The position numbers and the translations under genes were made by a program. The notes below the pieces were generated by a model. It was not told the DNA's origin. It made no database searches and worked only from the letters and a program-made list of their open reading frames with translations. Below are positions 1 to 12,670 of a DNA stretch of 64,000 nucleotides, piece after piece. Positions within the stretch are counted from its first letter, which is position 1. Each line of letters begins with the position of its first letter. The stretch is taken from the NCBI GenBank assembly GCA_964106645.2, contig OZ067044.1; one strand, 5' to 3'. The stretch comes from Podarcis pityusensis (lineage: Eukaryota).

Positions 1-95
1 TCCAATGTGTTTCCATCTCCTGGAACATTTACAGCCGCAGATTCCTGCCCATCAACTATGACAACACCTTTCCTTTTAGTATACTCTGTCTTCAC
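1..95 (-). CDS. LAMA1: LAMA1 exon 59 (LG4), truncated by window edge
   Basis: VKTEYTKRKGVVIVDGQESAAVNVPGDGNTL; AG acceptor. Confidence 0.92.
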   Translation of the reverse strand, partial: MKTEYTKRKGVVIVDGQESAAVNVPGDGNTL

Positions 96-505
96 CTATA
101 AGATAAGATACAATATTTGTAAGCTAACACCAATAGTTAAGACTAGGAAACATTCAATTAAGAATAGGGTTCCATATATTGTGTGGGATGAGCATGGCTA
201 TTTTAAGTTTTCTGCTTCTTCCAATGCTAGACATCAATGCAATCTTTATTTACTAAATTTTTGCAGCAGATTATTGCCTTTGGATAACTTAATGCACAGT
301 GCGTTAGTAAAGAAATGAAAAAGCTACCATGCATTTAATGAGAATTTTATTTTTATTTTTAAAATACCGACATGCAGATAATGAAAAGCTCTGAAATAGT
401 GCAAGAGGAGAATACTTAACCGGGAATTATTTTTCCAACATATGCGAGAAAGGCAGGAGACTCAGACCTAAGAAAAGGCTGGATGCAGGCATTTGGCCCA
501 CCTAC

Positions 506-695
506 CGTATGCCATTTCCCATCACTGACGATTGCTCCATGAAAGGCTACTGCCCGACCCTTTCCAAGATCAAATGAAAAATAAAGCTTTCCCCCTTGTA
601 GCTGAAGGGCTGCATAATCGACCTGCTTTTGGTGAGTCATGTAATATATCAGGCCACTAGAAGCAAAAGTCCTGAGGTTCAACTGCACAGAAAGC
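506..695 (-). CDS. LAMA1: LAMA1 exon 58 (LG4)
   Basis: LSVQLNLRTFASSGLIYY...SDGKWHT; AG/GT. Confidence 0.95.
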
Positions 696-1340
696 CTAGG
701 GGAGGAAACATGAAACTGATCAGAGCTTGGAAGCCAATGGAAACTGTTCTAAGCTCTCCAGAGGAAGAGAATGGTGCAAGTATGGTATGCCTATGATAAA
801 GAAAATGAAACACCATCACATCTATTCTCTGCTTGTGGCTAGAGCTCCACAGGTAATGAAGGAAGGTGAAGGCAGGTGGTGTGAGAACCAGTAAGGAAGG
901 GAAGTGAGGTAAAGAAGAGGAAGGTGGAAACAAGACAAGAGTTAGTGGACATGAAGATAAATGGCTATGTTCTCAGGAGCTGCAGATGAACCAACCAATC
1001 TTCCACTGAGGAAGACGGAAGATTCTGGATCCTGCCTGTCTCCATTGAGGGAGGAGCTTTCCTGTGGAGAAGGACTGCCCTCCAAGTGTGTCTGGTGCAT
1101 AGACTTTAACAAACCCACACCCTTTAAAACTAACTGCTTTAGCTTATCCCAAAGAGAGATACATACTTGCTTAACTCTCTTACAAATCAGTGGAATTAAA
1201 CCTTTCTAAACTTTTATTCAATAGCGCTCTGTGAAACCGGAATGATGGCCTATCTCACATGTTGTTAGGCATTTTGCATGTTTAAAAGCACCATTTAATT
1301 TTTTTAAAAATTACAATTAATCATAGCAAAATATACCTAC

Positions 1341-1453
1341 TTTTTTCTTACAGTGGACTGATTGAAAAGAAGCATCAAGTGACTGTTCCTTGCAAGGCCA
1401 AACTGATGAGCGCCAGAAACATACTTCAGTATTTCATCTTCTGCACAAGGTTT
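1341..1453 (-). CDS. LAMA1: LAMA1 exon 57 (LG4)
   Basis: KPCAEDEILKYVSGAHQFGLARNSHLMLLFNQSTVRK; AG/GT. Confidence 0.94.
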
Positions 1454-1804
1454 CTATTAAAGAAAACATTAGTTAAAATCCCACCCCTTGCATCCAAGCA
1501 TTGCTTTGCTTAGTTTTTCACCTTAATGCTGATGCCTCACAATATATAAATCACAAGTATAAAATTCAAGCAAAACTAACATTATCAGAACCCAGGCAGA
1601 AATAATACAACATTCATCTTTGCAGACAAGAGCTGTAGGTTTAGATCAGGGCTGGGGAACTGGATTCAGAAGTGGCAAGCCCTTTGCAGGTCATTCTGTC
1701 ACCCTGCTTCTCTCACCCCCCCCCCCCCTTTGTCTGTCTTAACACCTCTCATATTTCCAGGTCTTGCCATGGAGAAAAAGGCTGATTAAATTTTGACAAC
1801 ATAC

Positions 1805-1967
1805 TTTCTTAATTTCTGCAAGAGGCCTGTAAGAAATTGGCATCATCTGCATCTCAGGAAGGATCTCAATGTCTTCTGGCTGGATGGTAGGCCTAGGCCT
1901 CTCCCAAAGGAAGCAACTATCCATATCAACACCTTCATACCTCACTGCAGTGGTGAAATCCAGAAGT
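1805..1967 (-). CDS. LAMA1: LAMA1 exon 56 (LG3-LG4 linker)
   Basis: LLDFTTAVRYEGVDMDSCFLWERP...LAEIKK; AG/GT. Confidence 0.88.
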
Positions 1968-2693
1968 CTGGGTTTTAAAGAAAGAACAAGTTATTTATTT
2001 CAGTGAAACACACAAGAAACAGAACCACTGTTAACAGGTCCACTGTGCATACTATGAAAGCTGGAGACATGTTACATGCAGCGCTTACAAAAACTCCCTA
2101 TGTGAAATTCAAAAGAGCCCTCACGTTTATTGACACTAGTCAGACATCTCTACAATTATGTGTTTTGGGTGTAACATCTACAGGTTTTGCCTGTTCTTTG
2201 TTCCACCCAGGACACATCCTCCATAACAGTCAGCTGTGATTCTGGACTTCGTTGCAACTTTAAACAAAGTGAGGCAAAAACTTGACACCTGCATGTTTTC
2301 CTGTGACGTGAATGCCAAGTGACGCACATCACCACCAGCAAGCAACCGTTGTACCCAGAGAATACTTGCAAGCAGCTACAGAGGGGCAACATAATCTGCT
2401 GTATCATCATCTGGGCAAAAAAAGGCCTTAGGAAGAATTTAAGGTTTAAGGCTAAAGCAATGGAAACAAGGATGGCAATCTAATCAATTTGATATCATTG
2501 TCAAAGAACCATAGCTATGGATTTGCCCATGTTAAGTTTGGGGGTTCCTGTGTGTTTTATTATTTCTGGTTTCTTAGCTTTAATTTATAATTGTGTTGTG
2601 TACATTATCACTTTCATAGAAGCCACCTTGAGGGAGCTTTGGCTCTGAAAATAAAGGCTGTACACGGATATTTTAATTAAATAATAAACTTAC

Positions 2694-2879
2694 TCCATAT
2701 TAAATATCAAGTTGGTTATACAGCCATAGAAAGAGCCTGCCATCTTTAGTCCTAAAATGCCTTCTCCTGCAGGAATCCCACCAATGAAGAAGTTGGATAT
2801 ATTCATTGGCCTAGTTTCTGCCAATGGGCCAAGCCTAATTTCTGCAGGGCTACTTTCATCCACCTGGACAGTTATAATC
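2694..2879 (-). CDS. LAMA1: LAMA1 exon 55 (LG3)
   Basis: IITVQVDESSP...FYGCITNLIFNME; AG/GT. Confidence 0.95.
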
Positions 2880-3406
2880 CTGGAAAGAAGAAGAAAACAC
2901 CACAAAGTGAACTATTATCCAATTAAAAAAATGTCTGATTTAAGAACAATAATAGTGAGGAATCCACAGTAAATGAATCAGAAATAATGGTGGTTCTCCA
3001 AAGGATCTTGCAGTCCCAATTGTGTGGCAGACCAGGCGTGTTCAGTAGCATTCCAATTAATTTCTAGCACTAATTCAGTTGTAGGTGTCGCATAAAACAT
3101 TGGATTTATATGTTTCTCCATCTAATAAATAAAATAGCTAATTGTGTGTGTACTTCTTGTATCAGTACTTGGCATGATTCTCCCTGGTGGCCAAAATGTC
3201 TAGCAATTTCAAGGGAGCATCCATGCACAACTTAATCAGAGGCTCTGTAGTGTATGCAATTACCATATAAATCACAACTTCTCCATTAACAGCAGAAAAA
3301 CACAACTGTGGTTATTCTACTGAAATGAACTAAACTAAGCCAGTTCTTTAGGGAACATGGTAAACTTGACAACAGGCCTTAATTAAACAAGTGATTCAGC
3401 TTCTAC

Positions 3407-3558
3407 CTCTTATTCCGAGTCAGGATGACCGAATGTTCTCGCCCATCGCTGTAAGTTCCATTAGCAGGCTCAACGAGGACCTTTCTTGTACTTGCTCTGT
3501 CCCCGGCATTGACATGCACTGCCAAATGGCCATTGACCAACATGATGGAGAAAAAGGG
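3407..3558 (-). CDS. LAMA1: LAMA1 exon 54 (LG3)
   Basis: PFFSIMLVNGHLAVHV...SDGREHSVILTRNKR; AG/GT. Confidence 0.94.
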
Positions 3559-3770
3559 CTGAGAAAGATGGAGAAGATCAAGTTCAGCTATTACTCTCTT
3601 GCATACTCCTTGTAAACTGTGCTGCCCAATCCCAATTCTGCTCACCCCATTCCAATCTGAATTGTGCTCAACAGTGTGAGCATCCCTGCTTGACTTTGGA
3701 TGACACCACTAGGGAATGACTAAGAAGACACTTGAGACCACAAGAGCTGAAAAGATGGTTGGGTGCTTAC

Positions 3771-3941
3771 CAGCTGAGCTTGCCTGCGCCTTCGCTTTTC
3801 TGCGCCTTTACTGAACCCAACGAGGATGATGCCGCTGGCATTCTTTGTAGCAAAAGTGGCCATAAGTTCTGATTCTGCTGACAGGGGTTTGGGCAGCAAC
3901 TCAATATAGCCATTGCTCAAGATACTAGCACTGTGTATGGG
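3771..3941 (-). CDS. LAMA1: LAMA1 exon 53 (LG3)
   Basis: PIHSASILSNGYIELLPKPLS...GAEKRRRRQAQL; AG/GT. Confidence 0.94.
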
Positions 3942-4142
3942 CTATTTTGCAAAAGAAGAGAAATAAAATGAGTGAATTAGATCTTCTATCTGTCAGAGAC
4001 ATAACAATGCAGGAGATGATTATCTGACAATTTATCAACATTATAGCATCCATTATAGTATCAGCAGACACTGTTGATTGGTTTTTTCCAGCAACAAGTA
4101 GCAATCAGTTTAAATTTACCAAGAACTGCCTGTGTGTCCTAC

Positions 4143-4257
4143 CTCCAAAATGCAGCCTTTCCTCACACCGTATGAGTTTTTAAGCAAATCAAAAGTGGAA
4201 CGGGATATTTCCAAGTTCTTAATACATCCCACATATTTTCTACTGTTAAGCCCTTTC
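4143..4257 (-). CDS. LAMA1: LAMA1 exon 52 (LG2)
   Basis: KGLNSRKYVGCIKNLEISRSTFDLLKNSYGVRKGCILE; AG/GT. Confidence 0.95.
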
Positions 4258-4840
4258 CTAAAGAGAGAAAATATTATTGGGGTGGGGAGAGAAACATTGG
4301 TCTACGATATTTAGCTCAAAAGGAATGGCTGTGTAAATCCAAATTACAGAATAAGCAAGCACACAATGAAAACTAGTAGAGGGAAACGGTTACTGGATAC
4401 ATTCACAATCATTTTGAATTCTGTCCATAAATGAAACCTGACACAGCGAGAAACTTTTTCTTCCCTCTGCCCTGCATCTCTTCCCAGATTCTCAGATAAT
4501 TCTTAAGAAATGTCAGGGCAATTTTCAGTTTGGTATTGGTATTTGGTTTGCAATATGCTAGGCAGAAAAGAAGGTGGGTGGAAATGAGTGTATTTATATA
4601 GATTGTGATGCATTCATGTTTGTTTTCTTAGTTTGCTTGCTTAGTTAGTTTACTAAGACAAACAAAAGCAAAAAACACAAAATAAAACACTATATAAAAA
4701 CAAGTAAGGAGTGTTATGAAGCCTGAAGTTCAAAGCAAATTAGGAGTTCAAAGGAACCTGGGACCCTGCATTTAAATACTATATGAGAAAGTTCAAATAT
4801 AGGAAGATCTAAGTGTATAACTCTTTTTATTTAAGCCTAC

Positions 4841-4982
4841 CTTACTGCCCTTGACCGCGGTAACCCGCCAATGTAAATAGGATCCTTATCGGAACGATTC
4901 AGGTCAGAGGCTGTACCAGGGGATATTCCTTGTTTGGTTTCTTTAGAACTCAGGTTATAAGCATCCATGACTGCCAAAATCC
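4841..4982 (-). CDS. LAMA1: LAMA1 exon 51 (LG2)
   Basis: GILAVMDAYN...DLNRSDKDPIYIGGLPRSR; AG/GT. Confidence 0.94.
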
Positions 4983-7254
4983 CTGAAAGGGTAATGAAAT
5001 CAGAGATTAGCAAACAGAAATATCTGAGATTTTGCTATGCTACATTTGTTACGACTCAAACATTACAGCAAAACATAATAGTAACAGGATATCATTTTGA
5101 CAAACTGCTTTACTAATATGAGTCTAGATATTTTACTGAGCTAATCTAATTCTTCTATGAAGGCCCCTTCCTCATTAAGGAAAAATATGAAACATATGGC
5201 TTATATGCTATTTTGGACACTATTTCCACAACAGGTAAAAGCAATGTCAATTTCCAAGTTTTTCCAGTCTTCCTGATTCAACAAACACATATGCAGTAAA
5301 TTTCTCATAGGTTCATGAACCAAAACCTCCTTGGGGTGAAATCCAACAATGTATGTCTGCCTGTAGAATGAACGCAGCTGACAGAATGGATCCTGCTTTC
5401 TCCATAATTCCCAACCCCAAATTATTCTGGAGGACTGAAGAACTCTCCAGAGCAGATGAGGGAAGCAGGGGCAGGAGATGGGAGCTGAAAGGGAGTTAAG
5501 AGGATAAGGAGGCGCTCTTGCACAAGCAGATGTCCATTCACTTGACCCTGGATGCCATTCCTTATTTATTTCCATGTTTCACAAGTCAAGCTCTTTGTGA
5601 GCAATGGTTTCCAGTCACTCCAGTTGGATAGTGACTGGGTAAAGTACTTCTGACACTGTATGATTTCTTCCTTCCACTAACCAAGTTCCAATACTTGGTT
5701 ATATGGTTGTGAATCTTAAAGGGCTAATCTCATTTTAAATCCTTGCCTTGCCTCCACTGTTACGCAGTTGAGTAGAAACCTCCAGAGAAAACAACTATAT
5801 AGATTCCATGCTTAAGAATCTCACTGTCTGAAATTTACAACCTGATTTGTCGCATGGTTAAACTGATGTAAGGACATTTTAGCATTAAGCCAAAAGATCA
5901 AAGGCCCATGGAGAATTCAATTAAAGTAAACAAACCTAAACAGGTCTTTTGAATGTGTAAGTACTCTAGCTTATATATGAATTGTCAACTGTCAGGCGCT
6001 GACATCAGCGAGAACAGAACCAACCAGTCAAAACAATCTCCCACCAAGGAGTAATAAAAAAGAAGTGGTAGCATTATACAGAAAGTGACCTTCACTGATA
6101 AGTCAGATCAATGTGAACAGAATAACAAAACAGCATAAAATGTAGAATCCTATATCATGAGACCGAACCTCCATCTAGACCAGCATCCTGCTTCCTGAAG
6201 TAATCTGGGAATGTTACAACATGTCATCGCATGGTAGCAGCCAATGCTCTCATAAGAACACTGGAAGACCTGTTATATTTGGTTCCTCTGGTCAAATATT
6301 ATCCACTAGTTGGGAGTGGCTCTCCAGGAGTCTATCCCAGCCAGAGGCGCCAGCTTAGGAGGATGATTGGTGGTGGCCAACATCTCATGCATGACATCAG
6401 GACATTGGGAGGAACCGGGGAAGGGGCTGAATGTGGTGGCCATGCAGCTTTCATGGCAAGTGGCTCTCTCTTTCCCCCTGGTGCCACCACCAGTGGGAGG
6501 TTACTTCTTGTGGCAGGAGGAGGAGGAGCTGGCCACTGGAGCTGTGCTGTGCTCAGCTCCATGCTTTGCCTTTGCGCTTTTTGGACATGGGGGCAGCCCC
6601 ACCCCCAAAAAATATTGGTGCCCCCTAAAAGGGCTCAACCCCCAGCAGCTGGTGCCACTGATCCCCGCCCAACCTGGGGGTGCTGGGGATTGAACCTGGG
6701 TCCTCCTGAATGCAGAATGGATGCTCCACCCAACTAGGGGTCATCATCTTGTTCACACACACATATGCTTCTTGACTGTCACTTGGAAAGTTTCCTGTCC
6801 CAGCACGAGCCCATTTATTGATTTATGTTATTCACCCTAATGTACAACAAAGTGCATCGTCCTCATAAAACAATTCTCAAAAGCCAAGAAATGTTTAAGC
6901 TTCTGCACTATATTGAAAATTAATTCACAGAATTTTGTCACTGTTTTGCTGATACACAGTTCCAATAGATTAAGTAACTTCTCTTAGAAGCTGGATTAAA
7001 AAACAAACAAACACATAAGAAAGAAGTAATGTTGAAGTCTATTTGGATTTAGCTAAAAACATGCTTGGACATTTGCATGAAGCTGTGGCCTTTTTTAAAA
7101 CAATGCAAATTAAATCACCTGAGACCATTATTTCATCAAAATCATGGAGACAGGAATAGTTTACTTCGCTTGGTTTTCCCTCCATTTGGCTATCTGCTAA
7201 TAATTATAGAAAGAGTAAGCATCTGTTTTTTTCAGCCCATATGTAACATTTTAC

Positions 7255-7399
7255 CTTCTTTTTTGTTTCGGGTGAATGAAATTTTATACCATGTTCCATT
7301 ATTGTAGCGGCTTTCTGTTTTAAGGGTAAGAGGACCTGAACCAAGATCAACAGTTAGCTTAACTTTGCCATCCACAAGCTCCAGAGACAAGAAATCCCT
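7255..7399 (-). CDS. LAMA1: LAMA1 exon 50 (LG2)
   Basis: RDFLSLELVDGKVKLTVDLGSGPL...YNNGTWYKI; AG/GT. Confidence 0.95.
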
Positions 7400-7498
7400 C
7401 TGCAAGGATGAAACAAAAGTCAGAAAATAAATAAAAGCTCTTTGGTAACATCCTCTCCTCTCAATAAGTTCAAGGCAACATACAATATAAAACACCAA

Positions 7499-7685
7499 GG
7501 GTAGTATCCAACCAACCTGATCCTGCTCAATGGAACTTTTCCCCTCATCTCCCAGCATGTTCCTTTTGCCCTCCCCAAGTCTGCTCTAGTGGGTTGGAAG
7601 AAACCCAGAAAAGATTTAGGGGTGTGTGCAAAGGGAGGAGGGTGGCAGTTCCATTGTGCAAGAACAAGTTAGTTGGATACTGCCC
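7499..7685. repeat. Palindromic MITE-like element
   Basis: Inverted ends GGGTAGTATCCAAC / GTTGGATACTGCCC. Confidence 0.6.
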
Positions 7686-7895
7686 AAGATCTTATGTATG
7701 CATGTCAGGGGGAAATAAAGATTCTATATGCCTTTAAACAATGGTTTTCAACATTCAGCAGAAAACCATAGTACTATATAAATAGTCAGTGCCACTTTTT
7801 CTTGAAAAGTATATACAATCACTAGTCATTTCCACAGAATCTTTGGAAACTACTGGTCTAAATAGTGCTTTTAAACACTGGGTGAGTTTTCTTAC

Positions 7896-8046
7896 TGTGC
7901 CATTAGAAGTCAGGTACACTAAGAGCCCATTTGGCGAGAAGGTGCTGAAAAATACTATGATTTGGGTCACAGTGGAGCGAAGTGACTTCTCCACCACTGA
8001 ATATCCACTCCCGTCAAAGTGAAATGAAGTGTCTTCATCCTGTGGG
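7896..8046 (-). CDS. LAMA1: LAMA1 exon 49 (LG2)
   Basis: PQDEDTSFHFDGSGYSVVEK...TFSPNGLLVYL; AG/GT. Confidence 0.95.
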
Positions 8047-8878
8047 CTGCAGAAACAAACAAAACATTTAAAGGGTTCCAGCCTCCAGAAAAGGAGTCGT
8101 TTCCTTGTCAAGAACGGAAACTCTACCCACAGAACCTTGAGCTAATCATTTTTATTTAAAAGCATTTATAAATCATTTATTTAAAAAAATCCTCTAAGCA
8201 ATGCACATTACAAAAACTGGGCATTTTCAGCTGTTGCCTCTGTACTGTGGAATGCTCTCCTCTCGTCCACATATAAAGCAGTAAGCTTCTGCTGCTTCAG
8301 GCATCTTGTACAGATTTATAATTTTGCCCTGGCTTTCCCTGATCTATGGAACCAGACCATGTTTCAGGTGTTTGAATTCCTGTTTTATGTTTTCATATGC
8401 TGTTAATAGTACTGTTTTTTTGTGTTGTGGGTCACCATCCTATTGTCTTCTGCAGGGTGTGATATCAGAAGTTGAATTCCTCCGGGTCATCTAAGTGATC
8501 TTACAGACCAATACAGGGGGAAATTTGCTTGTTTAACTTCAATTAACTGACACAATTTGCCTACCATGTTAACCAGCCTGATAAGCCAAATTGCAAATTG
8601 CGGGCATATTCTGAAATAATTATTATGGTAAAATTATCAAGTGCAAAAACAGAATATATACATTCCAATCTTCCAAACTGCTGTCACTGATTTACTGGAT
8701 AAACACTCTCAGGAAAAGTGGCTCAAGAAATCAAGCCATAATTATAAGGATTGGTCTGATGATATTAAAACATTTCTAAAATAGTCCTGCATCTCCCTCT
8801 GCTGGTTACAAATGATACCTACCAGGAATCTGCAAAATAAAATAAACAATTTTTTTGTCATATACAGTTGTTAAAACA

Positions 8879-8879
<1 letters not shown>

Positions 8880-8923
<44 letters not shown>

Positions 8924-8960
8924 TATTATGTGTACCCCGCCCATCTGGCTGGGCTTCCCA
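8880..8960 (-). mobile_element. 3' tip of the same L2-like LINE with (AAT)n microsatellite
   Basis: TACCCCGCCCATCTGGCTGGG is similar to the reverse complement of the 47940-47975 end. Confidence 0.55.
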
Positions 8961-9129
8961 TATTTGAGAACTAAATGAATGTAATATCTGATGCTATTTT
9001 AAAGCACATTTTCACAGAGAACAAATATACATGCATGGAAAAACATCCAAATCAGAGTTTAATCATGGGGAATGTGCTCTGGTTGCAAAAGTTCCCTTGT
9101 CTACTTCCTAAGAGTAGCAGTAGTAATAG

Positions 9130-9262
9130 ATTATCATCCCCTTGTCATGTAATCATAAGATCACTGTGAGGTAGGTTAAGTGGAAAGATAGTGACTGGCT
9201 GAAAGTTTGCTTCACAACTTGTTTGGGGATTTGAACCTAAGTCTTCCTGGTCCTAACCACTG
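9130..9262 (-). mobile_element. Old MIR-like/tRNA-derived SINE fragment
   Basis: CTGTGAGGTAGG...GGGATTTGAACCT; similar sequence at 16180-16330. Confidence 0.45.
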
Positions 9263-9861
9263 CCCCATGCCTTCTCTCATTTACACCAGTTTCCTGTGAC
9301 TTTCAAACTCAGGCAAAAAAACCAATCAGTGGTAACCACAGCATTCTGCCCAACAAGAATCAGAACACACTGTTTAGTTTTTGAGGCATTGTTTTTAGCA
9401 GGAACCAAGGATTGCTCAGTTTGCATATCATGGCAAATTATAGTTACCACAAGCTAGGAAGTGGGTGAAAAAAATCAATCTGCATTTGGGGAGGGGAAAG
9501 GCGAAGTACAAAACCAGGAACCCAACAGCCATCCATAGTTTGACTGTGATGAAGCACATGTACTCCCTTCTTTTCATGTGGATTCTGTAAAATGGTAAGG
9601 AGCTTCAATATGCTCACAGGAAACAATGGCAGGCGACTGCACCAAATAAAAGCCCCAAGGAGTTTCTACAGTCATGGTGGTGTGGTTTGGAACCTGGACC
9701 CAGCCACACAAAAGATCATGAGCCTTTATACGAATGAGGAGCAAAGCAGGAATGCCCAGCTCAACCAACCATCACTCCTGTGGAGGAGCTGTATTTATGC
9801 AAACATGCAAGACAACTCCTGTTTTAATTACAGATTTCTATAAACTGTTTCAAGTTCTCAC

Positions 9862-9986
9862 CTTCCAAAGCATCCATTGCACTTGCCTTCCCTCTCCACA
9901 TAGTTCCAAAGTCCAACAGATTTGCCATTCAAGGATGCTTCCCCCATGCATCCCTTAAAATGAGTAACCTTAATGGCAGGTGATTT
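9862..9986 (-). CDS. LAMA1: LAMA1 exon 48 (LG1)
   Basis: KSPAIKVTHFKGCMGEASLNGKSVGLWNYVEREGKC; AG/GT. Confidence 0.95.
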
Positions 9987-10395
9987 CTGTACAGAAGAAG
10001 CACATTCACCATGAATGATAATAAAAAAGGGAATTTGACATTTATCCAGATAAACAGCAATCCATGGCCTAAAGTTGTAACTTGATAATCAGGATAAATT
10101 GTACTAGGCAAGTAAGAGCATTACTGATACGGTTATTCATAATTATATGTGTGCAGGTGGCTTAAAATAAGAAGAAAAATACAAAAATGATATCCATAGT
10201 CAACTAGGGGCACAATCCTACATTCAGGATCTGCCAGCTGAGAAGCTGCATGATTTGGAAGAAATGCTGCTAAACATATCTCCTGTCATCTCTGAATGTG
10301 TGGCAATTATTGTTCATTCATCACAGAACAGTGAGTGGAAAGCGACAATAATGAACAATAATTAAGTATTACAGCATGGCTATTAATTTTTTCAC

Positions 10396-10546
10396 CTTTA
10401 TTTGTCCTCCAAGTCCACCAATAAACATGAGTGTTGATTGGTTTACATCCAGTACTGTAGCTGTCCCAGATGAGGTGGCAGTTCTCATAAAGGGCTTCTG
10501 AGAAGCGTTTGCCTCTTCTACACTCAGAGTGCCAGTTCTTCCAAAC
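10396..10546 (-). CDS. LAMA1: LAMA1 exon 47 (LG1)
   Basis: FGRTGTLSVEE...LMFIGGLGGQIK; AG/GT. Confidence 0.94.
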
Positions 10547-10851
10547 CTAATTATCACAAATAATAAGGGGATTAAAAATAGTAATGCATGCTTAACTGCC
10601 AATCTGTGTTATATACTTATCACTAAAGAAAGAACTGCAAAATTTTCTGAAATTAAAAATGGTTGCATTATACATGGTTGACAGCAGATGCTCTCATCAA
10701 CCCCAATTATTTGGATGAGTTGTACTTTCCAATAAAATAATAATAATTATCCTTTAGATAGTAATTATTTCAGGTTTATTGGTGACTGTGCAAATCTGAT
10801 ATTCCCCTAGGGTTCATTAATTACATGTGCTGCACACCAGTTACATCTTAC

Positions 10852-10985
10852 CTTGTAGCATGTATTCTGTGCCATTTGTTGTTGTTAATGGAAAAGTCAG
10901 GGTATTCCAGCCTTGTTGATCCAGAGCCCATATCCCACAAAAAGGCTACCTTCCCACGTCGCATCTCCACTGCCATGAAATCAGC
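10852..10985 (-). CDS. LAMA1: LAMA1 exon 46 (LG1)
   Basis: ADFMAVEMRRGKVAFLWDMGSGSTRLEYPDF; AG/GT. Confidence 0.95.
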
Positions 10986-11137
10986 CTAAAAACAGGGTTG
11001 CCAAAACACTGAGAGAATGCCCAAATGGCTAACGTTGGTGAATGTCAGCTACTAAAAGACAGTATTTGAAAGCATTGATCAAATCCAAATGAGACTCAGT
11101 TCACATGTTAAATAAGCAGCACAGTAACACTTTACAA

Positions 11138-11486
11138 AGGGACGCGGGTGGCGCTGTGGGTTAAACCACAGAGCCTAGGGCTTGCCGATCAGAAGGTCGG
11201 CGGTTCAAATCCCCACTACAGGGTGAGCTCCCGTTGCTCGGTCCCTGCTCCTGCCAACCTAGCAGTTCGAAAGCACGTCAAAGTGCAAGTAGATAAATAG
11301 GTACCGCTCCGGTGGGAAGGTAAACGGCGTGCGCTGCTCTGGTTCACCAGAAGCGGCTTAGTCATGCAGGCCACATGACCTGGAAGCTGTACGCCAGCTC
11401 CCTCAGCCAATAAAGTGAGATGAGTGCCGCAACCCCAGAGTCAGCCACGACTGGACCTAATGGTCAGTGGTCCCTTTACCTTTACC
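11138..11486 (+). mobile_element. Sauria SINE, full length
   Basis: tRNA-like head GGGACGCGGGTGGCGCTGTGG, (ACCTTT)n tail, 13-bp TSD TAACACTTTACAA at 11125-11137 and 11487-11499. Confidence 0.92.
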
Positions 11487-12209
11487 TAACACTTTACAAC
11501 ATTGGCCCATATGGGAATGATTCTCTGAGGAAACTATTTGTATCATTTGACCTCACATTGTGGACTGAGCCATTTCAAACAAAGCAACATGACTCTGCTC
11601 AAAAAAGAGGGGCTTTAATGGGATGGAATGGCTAAAATTGGCCTAACACTGCAATAAGTAGTCACCACTTCACTTGCATATTAATCACTTGTACAAGAAT
11701 ACTGAAAATAAAATTGGCAATCTGAACACATGCAGATCACACTGAGTTTCGAGAAGCCAATGGTTCAATAATTCAAGACACACACACAGTGTTAAGTGCA
11801 ACTTAAACACTAAAAAAAAAACCCCACAAAAACCTCTATTCAGAATTTTGGGGACCATTAAACTTGCTATGTGCAAATGAAGCATTCAAGGAAAATAAAA
11901 CTAACAGTGCATTTGTAAGGTGTGCCGACAATACAAAATTATCCAAGCTTAATTATCCGAAGGATTGTTTAATTGAAGATACAGCTGGCGCTCCCAGAAA
12001 GTAGTTGAAGAACCAATTGTTATTGTATAAATGCTAACCACTATACAAAACAATCCAAATTAGCTGTAAGCAATCATGAATGCTATTAATGTCAGGAACA
12101 GTATATTTCCATGTATTTCATATATCATATGATACAAATTTAAGAACCCTTTCCTTACCACTGCTATTTGGAGTATTCAAGAGCTTACATAGATACAATA
12201 TCAAAGTCT

Positions 12210-12321
12210 CCTTTCTTGGAGGGTTTTCAACAGAGGTTGGATGGTCATCTGTCCTGCATTACAGGGGATTGGACTAGAAAACCTTCAGGGTCCTTTCCAA
12301 CTCTACAGTTCTATGGTTCTA
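12210..12321 (+). mobile_element. CR1 LINE 3' end
   Basis: GGACTAGA..CCTTCAGGGTCCTTTCCAACTCTAC..TTCTATG, a CR1-type terminus. Confidence 0.75.
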
Positions 12322-12526
12322 ATGTGGATTAGAATCCCCATTTCACCAATGAATGTATATGAATAGATAGAGTGACCCATCACACCCAATAGCCATCTAG
12401 TATAAAGGGACAGCTAAAAGGTTTTCCAGTAAATGACCAGAACACTTGGTCTTTGGTAAAGAGTTTCCAGCATATAAAATGAAGACTTAAGTTGCCATAT
12501 AAAATGTTCTAAATCCTTCTGCTTAC

Positions 12527-12670
12527 TTTACCACTGCTACCCAGGTAAAACAGGAGGTTATCAGGTTCAGTTGTTTTAACATTTAATGTTAATGTGTTAT
12601 AGTTTGTAGACAGTATCTGGGGCTGATAAGCACGAATGCAGTCTCTTTCTGCAGACACGGCGACTTTAAT
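12527..12670 (-). CDS. LAMA1: LAMA1 exon 45 (IKVAV, LG1 start)
   Basis: IKVAVSAERDCIRAYQPQ...DNLLFYLGSSGK; AG/GT. Confidence 0.96.

Noticed and set aside
6231-6737. Overlapping 65-168 aa ORFs in intron 50
   Set aside because: GC-rich degraded repeat sequence with no recognisable domain or splice support
11138-11220. tRNA-like sequence
   Set aside because: It is the tRNA-derived head of a Sauria SINE, not a tRNA gene
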